Shown piece after piece: positions 1 through 14,000 of a stretch of DNA of 64,000 nucleotides. The DNA comes from Lingula anatina (taxonomy: Eukaryota > Animalia > Brachiopoda), in NCBI GenBank assembly GCA_051362555.1, contig CM120640.1:28048503-28112502 (forward strand), in the 5' to 3' direction. The notes beneath the pieces are model-generated. The model made no database searches. It was given only the letters and a program-made list of their open reading frames with translations, and was not told the DNA's origin. Positions within the stretch are counted from its first letter, which is position 1; each line of letters starts with the position of its first letter. The position numbers and the translations under genes were made by a program.

Positions 1-974
1 CTTTCGAACCCCTGAACCCCCCTGGCTATGGGCCTGCTACATGTTTGATGTATTCTACATGCATGTATGCTGAACATACAAATTGCTCCTTCAGTTTGGC
101 ACATGAGCAATATATAAATTATTTACAATGGATTAGTATACCACTTTAATTAATAGTTGATTCCGTGTGCTTGTAGCTAAAAAGTAATTTTTAAAACCTC
201 CTTAGTTTAGAGAACCTCCAACAGTCATCATAACTTATATAATAATATGTATGATTTAGAGATATATTTATAGACATAATGAATTTCCATAAAAAGCAAT
301 CTGTAACTGATGGAAAATAGCATGTTAATTTAAAATGTATCTACAATTAAGTTTCAATATATTCAGATCTATGTCTATTTGTCAGGTTGCATGTCAGCAG
401 TTAATTGAACTAAATTCAAAATGCAACTGGTAATTGAAAGAAAATAGTAGGTTTATTTCAAATGTATCTACAGATATGTTTTAATTTACACAGATATGAT
501 GTGACAGGATGCAAGTCAGCTTTGGAAGTTAATTTAAAATGGAAATTAAGGTTTAAAAGAGGAGAGTGAGAGATAAACAGAGAGGGAGATACATAGATAG
601 ATGGCAAGATGAACAGACCCACATAGTGAGAGTCTACAGGGTTTTGTAGAAATAACCATGAACTATGTATAGAAGCATAAAATTACAAATGTTTGTCTCA
701 GCTGACTTAATTATTGATGCAAGGCAACAACAGAAGAACTTGAAAAACCATGCAAAATTATATGGGCCCCAAATACAACTGTATGTCCAAGGTCCAGTCA
801 CTACAACTAACTTGCTTACAGACGCCTTATGAGGATCAGATGCAAGCATAAAAGATCATTCCAATTGAAACCATTGGTCTACATACATGTAGATAGATCC
901 AACTCTGCAGGGACTCTTGCTGAATGCAATCAATTTTACATACACCTCATCCTTTACGTAGACCCATTATTTCC

Positions 975-1159
975 AGTGGCAGATTTATAGGGGGGGGGGG
1001 GGGGGTCAGGGGGGAACTGACCGTCCCTTCAATTTCTGGTCCCCTCTTGTAATTAGCATTTTGACTAGCTGAATCATAGTTCTAAACCATACCAAATGGC
1101 ACTGTTCACCCTTCAGCGGGGCCCGAACCCCCCTTCAAATAATCATGGATCCGCCCCTG
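975..1159. mobile_element. Small hAT-like MITE (CAGTGGCAGAT...ATCCGCCCCTG) with internal poly-G
   Basis: Imperfect terminal inverted repeats begin with CAG. No clear 8-bp TSD. Confidence 0.5.
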
Positions 1160-1282
1160 GTTTCAATGGGAATGAGCCTTAATTAAGGTGGTTAACAGAG
1201 GGCAATCTCTATTATTAAACTCCAGAAACTAAAAATAAGGATTAAGACAACTGTTTTCTGTGCCTCACAAAGTTAAACACTG

Positions 1283-1514
1283 TTACATCCCATTTCCATA
1301 GATTTTTAGATCGATCTATCCCTGTGGGGAGTCTCACTAGATTACTGTCAGCTTGGCCGGCTTAAGGGTCTGTCCCGCCTACTAAAAGCTGTAAGGGGGT
1401 AATTAACTATGGTGCCCGCTTGGCTGACTGCAATTTAGCGTGAACCCCCAGGGAGTTAGGTCGATCTAAAACTTAATCTTTAGATCGATCTAAATCTCTG
1501 GGAAAGCACCCTTA
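1283..1514 (-). mobile_element. MITE family A copy 1 (PIF/Harbinger-like, ~230 bp)
   Basis: Reverse complement of the copies at 24.07 kb and 25.26 kb. TIR core TTCCCAYAGATTTAGATCGATC; internal CCCCAGGGAGTTAGGTCGA and TACTAAAAGCTGTAAG. Confidence 0.8.
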
Positions 1515-2984
1515 AATGTAGATGAGATGAAAAAACTTGACATACAAAAGCAAGAATGTAGGGTCTCAGGCTTAATTACTATGGTTTAAATTATACCATC
1601 TAATAAGGTACATGCAGCCCTATTATATATGTCACTTATGCATGGAGGTGGGCTAAAATGCCCCACCTCCTTAATATCCTGGACCTCCAAGCATTAGATA
1701 ATCAGTGCACTTGATTCTCTGTAAACCACTGTACACCTCCCTAGAGTGCAAACTGTAAGTGGTGTAATGAGCAACCTGCACTCTCGAACTCGTCCCCAAT
1801 CCCCACAGATATATGTTAAATTGTTTTTATATCTAATTACACATTTTACACCAGACATCATGTAATTTTCTTATGCCAATACTTTGCCTCAGTTTTCGGC
1901 CTAACTCAACCTACTTTGTGTATCTAGCACACACAGACGCGCGCGCCCGACACACATGCATGATGATAACAAGAATGTACATTCTCCACGTACTGCATAT
2001 ATGTTTGTTGGAGCTTGTAAACACACCCCAGCTCTCTCGTTGCTCGACCCTTCTCATCTAATTTACACATCATATGCTTAGCCCATACTGTCCATTTTAG
2101 ACCGATCAAGGTACATTTGTCATACATGTAACCGTAGTCCTGAGATGGAGAGCTTGGGTGAGATTCACATATTCCTACTATTCCTACAGAGTCTGTACAA
2201 AGTAATTATATTTCTGCATCTGACTGAAAAGTAAATATGAATTCGTGTCACTAAAATACACTAACCTTCCCAATAAGCAGAGTAAAATGTTGTTGCAGCA
2301 CTCCAATCTTCATGAATCTTCGCTTCTCGCCCTACTTTGGCTTGACCTATATTGCCGCCTACATTCAAAGTACTTTGCATTCAAACAATGTTCAGCGGAC
2401 TATGAAAGGAGCATTTAGTTCCACTAGACTTTACGGTCAAACGTGAGCGACGACCGACAAATATTTTGTTACCCCCATTCCCCACAAAAATAATAATATA
2501 AAATAACTAAAATAAAATAAAATAAACAAAAAATAAGAATAAATAAATAAAATTGGAAAAATCCGACTGGTGCTCTGTGCTCGGACGGGTCTACATTACA
2601 GTAGTCACACGAACTAATACGTAGGCCTACCCAACTTAAAAACATGTAGGACCAAGTAGGCTATAATAAAAATTAAATATAAGGCCTGGCTTTTGCCGTG
2701 AAAAAACATGAAAAAAAATCTTATACGTAAGTTTGGCTCATTGTCGTGTGTGATCCGAGTGGGTGCAGGCTTCTCCATTGAAAATATCGGAGTTCAATGT
2801 TCATGGATGTTGAACCCTATATATGTAAACCTAATTGAACAAAGATGACAATTCAATTTCAATTTCAATTTCAGTTCATTTATTTCTCCTCGACGGAGTC
2901 TTGTGATATCAGACTATATTACGTTTGGGTGGTTTTCAGTATAAAGAAAGCAACTTAATTAATTTGATCTCAAAACTAAATTCT

Positions 2985-3103
2985 TAATTTATTTATTTAT
3001 TGTATTGTTTTATTATTTTACTCTGTATATTGCTCCAAAAGGAAAATGATTTCCGATTTTTATAATTGGCTAAATAAACTCTTATCTTATCTTATCTTAT
3101 CTT
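2985..3103 (+). mobile_element. 3' tail of a retroposon (AATAAA + (TCTTA)n)
   Basis: TAAATAAACTCTTATCTTATCTTATCTTATCTTA is typical of LINE/SINE simple-repeat tails. Confidence 0.4.
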
Positions 3104-3619
3104 AACAGCCAATTCGTTTTTCAAAATTTCTCTTGGGGGGTTTTAGAGCCCTCTATGAGAGTCCCTTCTAGCTGGTTGAAAAGTTTGAAGACAGGGCCCA
3201 AAGCGGGGGGATGCAAGGATCTTGTACATGTAAGTAGGTGCACGGCTCACGCTCCAGTATTTGTATAAGTAAGAAAGTAAAAGTTTGAAAATATTTTCTG
3301 TTAACTGTTATTTATTGTGAATATGAAACCATTTAAAAGAATTGTTTTAATCCCGGGGCGTCGAATCTACTCCGTTTAAGTTGGTAGACGTTACCACACG
3401 ATATACATGTAGTATCTCCACCACTTTCTTAAAATTTCATGACATTTGGCTGATTAAAAGTATTATTAGAATATCCAATTTGGCTAAAAGATTTAATATA
3501 CAAGCCATTGCAATATTATTTCTTTTTGAAACAAGACTTTATTGTACAAAAAGAGACATGCATAATATTATGTCGACCTGAGTACAATTTAATATACCAA
3601 TGTGTATAATTAAATATGT

Positions 3620-3835
3620 GTCCCGAGTTGGTGGCGCGGCGGTTATTCTAACTTGGAGTCTTGGGTTCGATGCCCGCAGAGGAGAGAAGTGTATGGTAAA
3701 AGTGTGTACTTATGTTTGTTAATTAAACTGTGAGTGAATGAAGGGGGTTTTCACCTGCAAAACCTGCATAACAGCTGTGTTCCCCCTTGCAGGGCCGTGA
3801 ATTCAACAGTGTATATAAATCACAATTCAGTTTTG
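3620..3835 (+). mobile_element. tRNA-derived SINE (degenerate)
   Basis: A-box-like TGGCGCGGCGG ~3632 and B-box-like GGGTTCGATGCCC ~3663 at Pol III promoter spacing, followed by a non-tRNA body. No full cloverleaf is visible. Confidence 0.55.
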
Positions 3836-4771
3836 TTATTAGTTATGAATGAAAAAAAAATCACTAAAAATGAACGACAAAAGAAGAGAACTATGAAATT
3901 CTAAAAGCGCATCTAAAAAGTGGCTTATAAGTGAAATGTCTTTTTGTTTGTTTGTTTGTTTGATAGAATTTGAATAGATTAGATGCCGATTTTGACAGAG
4001 TGAAAACTAACATATAGTAAAAGCAAGAACCATTTTCAGCTTATTTAATGAAATCTTCATCTATTGAGATACAAGCGAACTGCAAAATTAAGAGTTTGGT
4101 AAATTTTGTATAATCGTAGACACTAAGAGGTTGACATTTTTCGTAGCCTTCTTTCCTAACCTCGAAATCATGTCCATGGAATTCTTTCAAGGATAAAAAG
4201 ACCGAAATTTTAGTTCATGTGGTTCGAAAAATTTAAACAGATGTTTGATGTTTCGAATTTCTTACCCCACCTTCCCCCGGATTCCTACCCTTAAGGGACC
4301 GTTCCCATAACCCTATCGTACTAGCTGGATCAATCTACCTCCTTGCATTCAGTTTAAGCGGCTTAAATGACTGTCACAACTATCGTAACTTGGGTAAAGT
4401 CGAAAATCTTTGTGGATCATGATGTAGTTAATGTTGCTTCGCGAGGGGGCATGCCAGACAATTAAACTGATTGCATTGGCGAAAAGTTTCTATGCGCCGT
4501 TTACGTTCTCCAAAAGTCGCACAATGGACGTGCTCTTCACGTTAATAATTTTGTACTGGTATTTTTCCTCTCAAACCTTTTAGAACGTTCATGTCAGTGG
4601 GAATATTCGGAGATAAAGATATGACTCAGTGATTTATATGAGTTTCAACAAATACATAGTATTAAACTTCTTTTTTTCTAACATTTATTTACCCAAATTT
4701 TCCAACATTAGTATGAATAATTTTGAAAATAAAACTGATGCATTTTGTATTGAACAGATAAATGCATTCAA

Positions 4772-4773
<2 letters not shown>

Positions 4774-4807
<34 letters not shown>
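4774..4807. repeat. (AAT)n microsatellite
   Basis: Visible array; it explains the poly-Leu in spurious ORF 4689-5030. Confidence 0.9.
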
Positions 4808-4810
<3 letters not shown>

Positions 4811-6359
4811 GTTTGTAGTGGCAAGAAATTATAAATTGTCTGAATACTAGACCTGTGGAGTAATAACCAAATAAACAAAGTGCTATTACATACAAATTAA
4901 AATTGTCTTGTGATATACTTGCTTTAAATACACTAAATTGGCTTCTGAAGCAAATAATTTGACATATTAAGTTGTAGAATTCATGGATTTGCTTTATATA
5001 TAAAACAGTTGTGACCAGAACATGCTTCACTGATATTGCTAATATGGCTAATACCTATTGTATGCTAAACCTATTTTTATACAAGATCTCTAAAAGGTGT
5101 CAACAATTTGGCAAAAAAGTTATTTGGCCATTCACATACTTACATTTCAAATGGAAGATTTCAATTTCTTGATTAAATTTAAATTGGCACTGGATAAATT
5201 ATCCTGACCTTGGAACACTGTCGTCATGGGATGGACCTAGTCCATTAAGATTACCTTACAAAAGAATATTGCTGCAGAAGGCAGAATTCCCCTACATTGG
5301 TCAAAGTATTTTAAATGTTAATTATTAGCAGTTAAATGCTTATAACAGGCTATTCATAAATATTTCATATGAAATGTAATGTGTAAGTTTTAATTAGCAA
5401 AGAAAAAAATTTTGATCAGACTATTGCATACTGTCTGAAAACATTTGAAAAAAAAAACTTGATTTTAAAATTTTAAGAATATAGGTTTTGAATGGACTTC
5501 TTTTGTATTTCATTAACTAGTTAACTAATAAGTTTCTTAATTAGCCAACCAATTTATCTGTGAATTAAAATTTAGCTAATTAATCAGTTATTGATAATTA
5601 ATGATAATAAGAAATGAGATTATTAATTCACTAATTGATGAACTAAACAAATGATCAAAGATTGCTTCGACTCTCTGAGTGCTTTTCAACTTCCAAATAT
5701 ATATTCTCAGTATATGGCACTTTTCTCTTTTTAAATAAGTTTCCATAAACTGCCAAATTACACACTTTTAAATCTTTCAAATAATAATAAATAAAATAAT
5801 AAATAAATAAGAGTCTTTCAAAAGTAAGAAAAAAACTAGTGTCAACTATAAATAGTTTGTCTGCAGAATACATATCACAACATAAAACATTATAAACTGT
5901 TTTAATTCAGCAACCTAATCAATGATGATTTCAGATATTCAATATAAAACAAAACTGCCTGGCAATTTCAGAACATTAGATACCAACATTAAAAAGTCAA
6001 AAACATTTTACCACAGTGTTTATGAAACATATTCCTAACATTGTAGTGTCATTAAAAACCTTATACAAAGCTTACGTTGTAATCATGGGTAAACAACCCA
6101 TATCTTTATCTTCAAACAATAAGGCAAAACTGTAATCTTGTTCTCAGGATGTTTTGGATTGACAGCAAAACATCCTTGCTTATAGATAAAATATCTGATA
6201 GCAAAATTATGTGCAATATGTTACAATGCAGAAAACATGATTCTTGATGCAGTGTCTATACTTAACAGCTATATATAAATGCAATGAAATAAGCAATAAA
6301 GCAAAATATAATATTTAAAGCAGTATACTGTTTGTGTCCTTTCACAGTTATCTTCTGTA

Positions 6360-9300
6360 TTACTCTGCCTTGGTCTTACTTCCAGGCATCCCATACACCA
6401 CCAACAATCCTATCTTTCCAACTGCTCCTAGTATAGCAGGCACATTGGGCATCTGAAAGAAAATAGAATCATTCTCAACTTTTTTTCAATTAACAATTGA
6501 TTTAGGTGATAGTAAAATGCAGAATTATGTGGAAGACATCCCTAAACATTATCAAGAGTATCTTACATGTTCCATAAGCATAAGCACTTGACAAGCATAA
6601 AGATAACATAAACTTATTTGATTTATGAAGAAAATATTTTCAAAAAAGTTATGATGAATATTTAACCCCTTCCTCTTCTTACTTAATCCTTATTTCTTAT
6701 TTTATCACTTATTCAACCTAAAAAAAATCCAGAAAGATGCAAATGACATACATATATAAAAGGGTCATTGACCAACAGTCCGTAGGAGGTCCATGAGGAG
6801 GCACAAGCAATAGTCCCTATTAACATGGCCATCGACATACCCTCTGTGCTCTTTTCCTTCAGATGCTGTGGCTATGAAAAGATAATGAAAAAAGGATATG
6901 TACCAGCTATTGTGCTTATGTAATAATTTAAGCGTCACAGTTTATGCATGCCCAGAGGTAACATAATGCACTGCATAAGTTTCATCTACACATGTCAACA
7001 TTATACATGTACATGTAGTTCTCAAAATGCACAGATCTACTGTTATCATTATGTTACAAACAATAAAATCACATCTGAAAATTGCAGGACTGTTTTGCAA
7101 AAACGTATACAAAATTATGTCATTATATTATATGCAAGCTTAGATTGACAATCTAATGGTTCATTTCTATGTAATATTAATCCCAAGAAAAAAAGCATAG
7201 TTTAAACGAGAATAATATAAAGTTATTTTTTGGTCACACAGGTTGTAGCCACATTGTAATTTCAGTAAACATGTAAAGGGATGATCATAAATGTACCAAA
7301 TTACATATTATTCTATTCACAAAGGCAAGCTACAGGCATGTGCATTATTCTACATTTAAAAGATAAAATATTTTCAAAGATTAAGGATAATGTTAAACTG
7401 TCCATGCATGCCAACGGTGACAATCTCCAAAGAAAACGTTATTCAACAGATAATAAGAAAATGTATGGCAGTGAGCCAGTGGCATGTCAACAATGAAGTA
7501 TACTTATCTGATGTAGAATGAATGAAGACATTTCAATGGTCAAATCTTACTGTGCTAATAATCAAAGCTATCTTTTTGATGAAAAATGAACTTTCCAAAT
7601 TGTCATTTTTACAGAAAAAATGCTGTTTGAAAAAAAAAAAAAAAAAAACATTCAGGTTAATTATGTTAAAAATTAATATTCCAACTTACTATCTCTAAGA
7701 ACAGAGGCGTACTAAGCATCACTGTATTGAGCAAACTCGTGGCCAATCCAAGTCTATGAGCAAAAACTGCAGGCGGTGACAGATACGTCAAGAAGTAAAA
7801 TAGTCCGCATATGTAAATCACACCGCCTATCAACATCTGTATAGGGTGACTCTGAAAGTACAGCCAAGAAAATGAACTGTTAGAAACAGATAATGTTAAA
7901 ACAATTTTATTTTTTTAAAGCAAAGATAACTCTTCTTTTTTTAAAAAATCCCTTGAGAGCAAAATGTATAAAAAAACATCAGATTTATTTTTTAAAAATA
8001 CATTTTTGTCAACAAGGTGATAACAGTAAAGACTTCATTCAATGTTTTCCAATTGAATATAATTAATGCTTTCTTTGTACTCACATCGTAAAACTCTTAC
8101 CTTGGAGCTTACTACAGATATATATGCAAAAATATACACTGTATTCAGAACAGCACCGATCAAATTCAATGATATCAGGATGCTATCATTCACCATCAAT
8201 CCATACACAAGGAAACATATGTTACTGAAAGAGAAAGGGTGTAGCATCTTGTAACAGAAATGTAATAGAACAATGAATCATATTCATACATGTATTAACA
8301 TCGGCACATGTGCCATTTTAAAGTTATACAATCCATATCACAAATCTACAACCAATAAATATTTAAGTCTTTTCCTTAACCACATTCTTTCCAAGGAAAT
8401 AAATAATCACAAGGTCTGTCTAATCATTACATGCAATAGCAGCTTATTTGACAATCTGTCTTAATGTTATCTTTCTACATTAACAAAATAGTAAATGGCT
8501 TTCAACTAACTCTTTTACAATGAATTTATGAAATCTTTAGCAGCTGTAAATGAAATAGCATATTCATAAAGAACAAATGAGAACCAAATATTCTGATGAA
8601 GACTGATCTTCAGAATTATATCAATTTTAACAGACATATCACCTTTAGCAAAAACCTTATATATACACTTTCAGTGATGAAATCTGGACCAAACCTTTGA
8701 GAAAAATTTGGAGCATTGTTTTAAGGTCCTCATACATAAGTTTACTTTGCCATTGGAAGTGTTTCGATAGCTGTTCTACTGAGTGAATAATTGCAAAACT
8801 TACAAAATGTGTACCCAAAATGGTGCCATTCAGTGGGACCATTTATGTTTTACTTTCATGGGATAATAAAGACTTCAAAGGGGACTCTAGCTCTGTCCTT
8901 ATAACACCTGTTAATATTTTTGAAAAGGATATCAACAAAATCTTACCCAATATCTCCAAGCAGAAAAAATGGGTATGGCACATGACGAGCATCCTTCGTT
9001 TTTACCATTGACCAGCATACAGGGCTAATAAGTACAAATTAATGAAAAAATAATTAATCAAACAATATGTTATGACATCAAAAGATTGGCAATATGTACT
9101 AGTACTACTGGTATTTATCTTCAGCAAACGACCTCAAATGCAGCCCAAGTTCATTATATTAACCCATTCCACGTATAAAAATACATGAACATTAGCACAT
9201 AGCCTGGGCCGTGTAGCTGAATTTACCTGAGCACTGACTGTCTGGTATACTGTATATACCTGTTAATATTGTGCTAGGATATTTGGGAAAAGAGAGGGGG

Positions 9301-9590
9301 TGGGGTCATACACCCCCTTATTACACTTCAGACGAAGCAGCTTCATGTACAACCGGTCATTGAAATACCAGCATTTCGTACTCATCTGTATATATAATTA
9401 TTTAGTTGCGATGCTAATATAGGAACAAGGATATCCAGTATCCTGTCCAAAAACCAAAACACGGTGAACACTGACTGATAATAATAATCCAATATACATA
9501 AAATATATACTCGTGTACTTACATGCCAGTTGTAAACATAGCTACTGTAGTTATCTGAGTGATCCATCCTACTATTTCTAACAGTTCCAT
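6360..9590 (-). CDS. SLC50A1: SWEET sugar transporter (MtN3/saliva family), 6 coding exons, ~214 aa
   Basis: GT-AG exons 9590-9523, 9024-8947, 8224-8101, 7851-7690, 6871-6752 and 6452-6360 total 645 nt in frame. Protein: MELLEIVGWITQITTVAMFTTGIPVCWSMVKTKDARHVPYPFFLLGDIGNICFLVYGLMVNDSILISLNLIGAVLN...TPL..EI...KSTEGMS...SSWTSYGLLVNDPFIYMPNVPAILG. It has two MtN3 repeats with the YG, N and PN motifs. Confidence 0.9.
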
Positions 9591-11088
9591 TGGAATAATG
9601 TAAATTGCTTCTCGTTGTTTCACCAGTTAAATGCTGAGCCCCCTATGACACTACACGCTTCCACTGATTCACTTGCGTATGCCACGCATTCGTTCCAATA
9701 CATACAACGACCTCATTATGGCCATTTCAGTTCATTTTTATAATGAACGAGAACGAGGCAATTACAAGGAATTGTATTCAAGGTGGAAAACGCGCGAAGG
9801 TCACGTATTTAACATGCATTTAATACAACAACAAACATTTCCTGTTGTCTTTCTCTGATGTCAAAAAAGAGTTTATTAGACTACAGTTAAATCAGAATAA
9901 AAAATTGCTAAAAAAGCATTCTTTAACAATCTGTTTTACGTTGCACGTATAATGGGGGGGGGGGGGGGGGGGGGGGGGGGGCGGTAGTTGAGGTATATTT
10001 TCCATTACAATGTACCAGTACATCCGGCTGCAATACGTGTTTTTTTAGAATTATGATATCTGTTATTCTAATTTGCAATTTTATGTGTTTTATGTGTTTC
10101 TTTGATGGAATGTTTTTTTTTTACTAAGCCTCCTTTTTTAGTTTTGGGTAAATATGTGTTCTCCAAAACCGGTGCAGTCAATAAAATGCCACGACTAAGT
10201 AGCACACCAACATATAAATGCCGACCCATTACACTTCTATTTTTGTATGTAAATACCACATAAAAATAGAGCTCAGTGTTCATCCCTCCTATCATCTATA
10301 ATTTTTTCTCTCTCAATATGCCAATTTTGATTTGCTTTAGTGCATCCTCTTCTGATATTTTCTACATGTATTTCCATGCTAATATTTATGCCTACCACAC
10401 CATATGATGTGGTTAAGAAAATAGTATAAAAAAAGATGTAAGACAAAAAATTTAATATGTTCAATTCTTTATTATTTGAAGAATATAACATAATTAGTTA
10501 GAAGAATGATAAAATAAAGCATTCTTAAACACAAAAAAATTTGCACATTTAAAAGCTTTTCAAGTGGGAGTTTTTTTAAGTTGTAGAATTTCAAAATGCT
10601 TGTAGATTGTGTTACACTTTATGCAGGAGATTCTTACATGAATTCTTGTTATACACTTGCAAAAAATTATCTTCCTCTGAATGATAAAAAATGGAATACA
10701 AAAAATAAATAAAGTTTACTTACACTGGAAGACTTGACACTGTATTGGGAACTTGGTCCACACAAAATCTAAGAAATTTTTTCCTCTATTTGCACTGACA
10801 TTTAAAATGTAACCAGACTGGGTTCTTTTTCATGATCCTTTATGTAACAATACCAGATACATTGAATGGAATCGTTCAAAAACATACTTTTGCTATGTTG
10901 CTTTAAAAGGTTATTTTTTGTCTTTGAGCAGCACACTGAATAATACAATATGGTTTGGGTGATAGGATTTAACCTAAAATCTTATCTAAATGGATCTGAG
11001 CCTTTTTCAGGTTGCACCTTTAGATCTTTACTCTATAATTAATCAATTTCCTGCACAGGAACCAGCCTCACAAAACTCAGCTAGATCA

Positions 11089-14000
11089 TCACAAGCTTCC
11101 TACGTCAGCAAATTGCATTAGCTGACTTGGCATATTATCTTTGTAAAGCACTGGGTCAGCTCGAAACTCTGCAGTTTTTAACGGCATTGTTCCATACACT
11201 TCCACAAATTTATTGATGCATTCTGAACGTTCTACCATATGTGCTGCATCTGCTGACAACATTTCTTGATTTATGCACTCTGGACACTTGAATTTCTTGC
11301 GTGGAGTAACTTTAATGGGTGCTTTTCCAGTCATATTTGCAATTAGAAAATTCATAGCAATGTCTTCACAGTTGACATTGTCATCCACCCATTTCTTTAT
11401 GTTTCCTGGCATTTTTTGTGTATACAGAAAACTGTAATACTGAAAAAATATAAACCAGAAGTGAATATATGGAAGAAGTATTTGCAGCAAAATGAGAATT
11501 AAATAATCAATTGACTACACTTCTAATCATTCACAATGCTTCTGAAACACAGCATCTGCATGAAATCTTCTTTCACTACTTAAAAACACATTTTTAATAT
11601 CTAGTTTTGTACTGTAATCATTATCAAATGTAACTAAATAAACACTGAAATGAATATATGGACAGAAAGACCTACTTTAAGATAAGTCTACAACTTAAAT
11701 TTATGAATGAGACAATTCAAGAGCTCTTAAATTGCTATCAAATATTAATTCTCTGTAACTAGATATACCAACCTTGTGATAAAATGCAGCACCAGTAAGA
11801 ACCATTGATATTTCATTGGTCCACTCGGACTCATAACGCCATTTCTCAGTGGTATTATCCCACAGATGCAGTCTAGATGGGAAGCCGATAAGACGATCTG
11901 GAAACTCCCTCCATACCTAGAATAGCATGTTAAAATATTAATTATCATTTGACTACTTGATTTGACTGGTTAAATGTGTTTAGAAAGTTGCATCCCATAA
12001 ATAGGGCATCAGTTTTTTTTTTACTTTTCACACATAAATAATTACTTGATACCATCCAACAATATGTTTTAAATTGCAAAATAAAAAATAACAATAACCA
12101 CAGGACTAAACCAAAATTACAAAACATAAAATTCCACATATTTATTTTTATACCGTATAAAGTAACAATTTGCAAATCAACTAATAGGACGGATTCTTTT
12201 TTTTACTTTAATGACAATAAGATGCAATTTCTCTACTGGGTAACATTGGAAGAATGTATATTGAAATTCTAATAATGCATACCTCATAACCAAACTCCAA
12301 TTCATCTGATGTCAGCATGACTATGTCATCGTCCAGTGCTAAGATGGCTTCAGTTTGAATCTCTTCGTGTGGATAAAACCTGTTGCTGAGCAAGTTCTGT
12401 GTGGTCTGAATTACTTTCAATGGCGGACCAATCTTAGGCCAACCAGAAGCTAAAAAGAATAAAAAGAACATTTGATACAATTTTTGAAATGGAGAAAATA
12501 ACATAAGATTATCATAAGTAAATGTTTAACTGCGTAAGAATGACTGAGTGCAAACTACTGTGAAAAAATTATTATGAAAACACATAACAATCTTAATCAT
12601 TTATTTCATAAATCTGGTGCATAAACTCACCAGGCGGTGGTGATTTTTTCTGATTGTTCCATATGACAAGAACTTTAGCTAAACTTGGTGACTGGGCAAC
12701 TTGTCTGATAACTTGAAACAAAGAATCAATTCTGTCATATGTTAGGATGACAGCTGTGAATCCCTGTGCTTTTGAAGGCATCATAGGGAAAAAGAGTGGG
12801 CTAGTCAATCCTCTCTGAAATAGAATGTCCTATTCATTATTATCAACTAAATGATGGTATCTAGTGATTTAAATAAAACAAATTTTTTCTTCAAATGCAT
12901 ATTACTAAATAGTTCACTGTTTGAAATAGTTCAATCATGTATCAAATTTCCTTTTTTTTTAATCTATGTGATACTTCAGTTAAATACTTGCCAGTTATCA
13001 ATCAAATGTGCACTCTTTTCCATTCAATACAATTTGAAGCTATTGACTGTGTTCTTTGTTTTTATAAAAATATATATTTATAACAACAACTTAAATATCA
13101 TTTTGTTCCATCTGACTTACATTTTCAGGCAACTCATTCCATTCATCATACTTTCTAGATGCATATGGGAACACTCTGTCATTGATAATCTGCAGACTGG
13201 TCAGAACTATCACCTTCATGGAACTGAAATAGTTCTGCCACAGGAACTGCACCTGTCTCCTCATGTTACGAATCCGTTCAGAAGATATGTTTTTCAAAAT
13301 GGACATCATTGTTGGCAGCTGTTCTTCTCGAAGCACCAAGGCTGCCCTGAAGGTGGAAAAATTGATACATTAATTTTCAAATTTTGGTGCATTTTGATTC
13401 TTTTTGATGTTTTATTTATGTAAAATAATCAAGTAATCTCTCTGCAGAGCAGATGTAACAAATGTAAATGTATTTTCTTTTAACTTGTTACATTTAAAAG
13501 ATGCAAATAACTACAATGAAATCTGTGATTCACACAGGAAGAAAACTTAATATTTTATATTTATTTTATGAATTATTTTAAACATGTCATTTTTGAGTTT
13601 CATTACCTTTTCCAGTCCAAGACTTCAGAAAAAGGCATAACAAAAGTATCTGCAAAGACCACAGGGATACACCCTGCCATCAAGGCATCACTGAGTGCAG
13701 TCTGGCCTAGTCTAGCACCACGGACCACAGTGCAGAATGTGGCTTCCTGGAATGTGCAATAAATTTGTGCCTCCAAATATCAAAGAATTTTTGAAATTGA
13801 ATTTGTCACTTCAATAAGTTTTACAAATGAAACATGAACCCTGGACAAACTACATTTTGCATTAAATATGAAAGAAATAGTATGAATCTTAACTCCTTTT
13901 TAATAAAGTTAGAAATACTTCATCATTCTTCTTAAGTGCAAATTATCATTCAGAATAAAAGAAAATTAGAGCTTTTCCAATAACAAAAAATGATGAACAT

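Noticed and set aside
3620-3690. tRNA gene
   Set aside because: A and B boxes are present but there is no complete cloverleaf, so it was called a SINE.
9670-9725. Upstream ATG (MAIMRSLY...) as the SWEET start
   Set aside because: The ATG at 9590 gives the expected SWEET N-terminus and length, so the upstream ATG is at most UTR or uORF.
12851-13423. 190-aa plus-strand ORF
   Set aside because: It is antisense to an EXT2 exon plus AT-rich intron and has no recognisable protein character.
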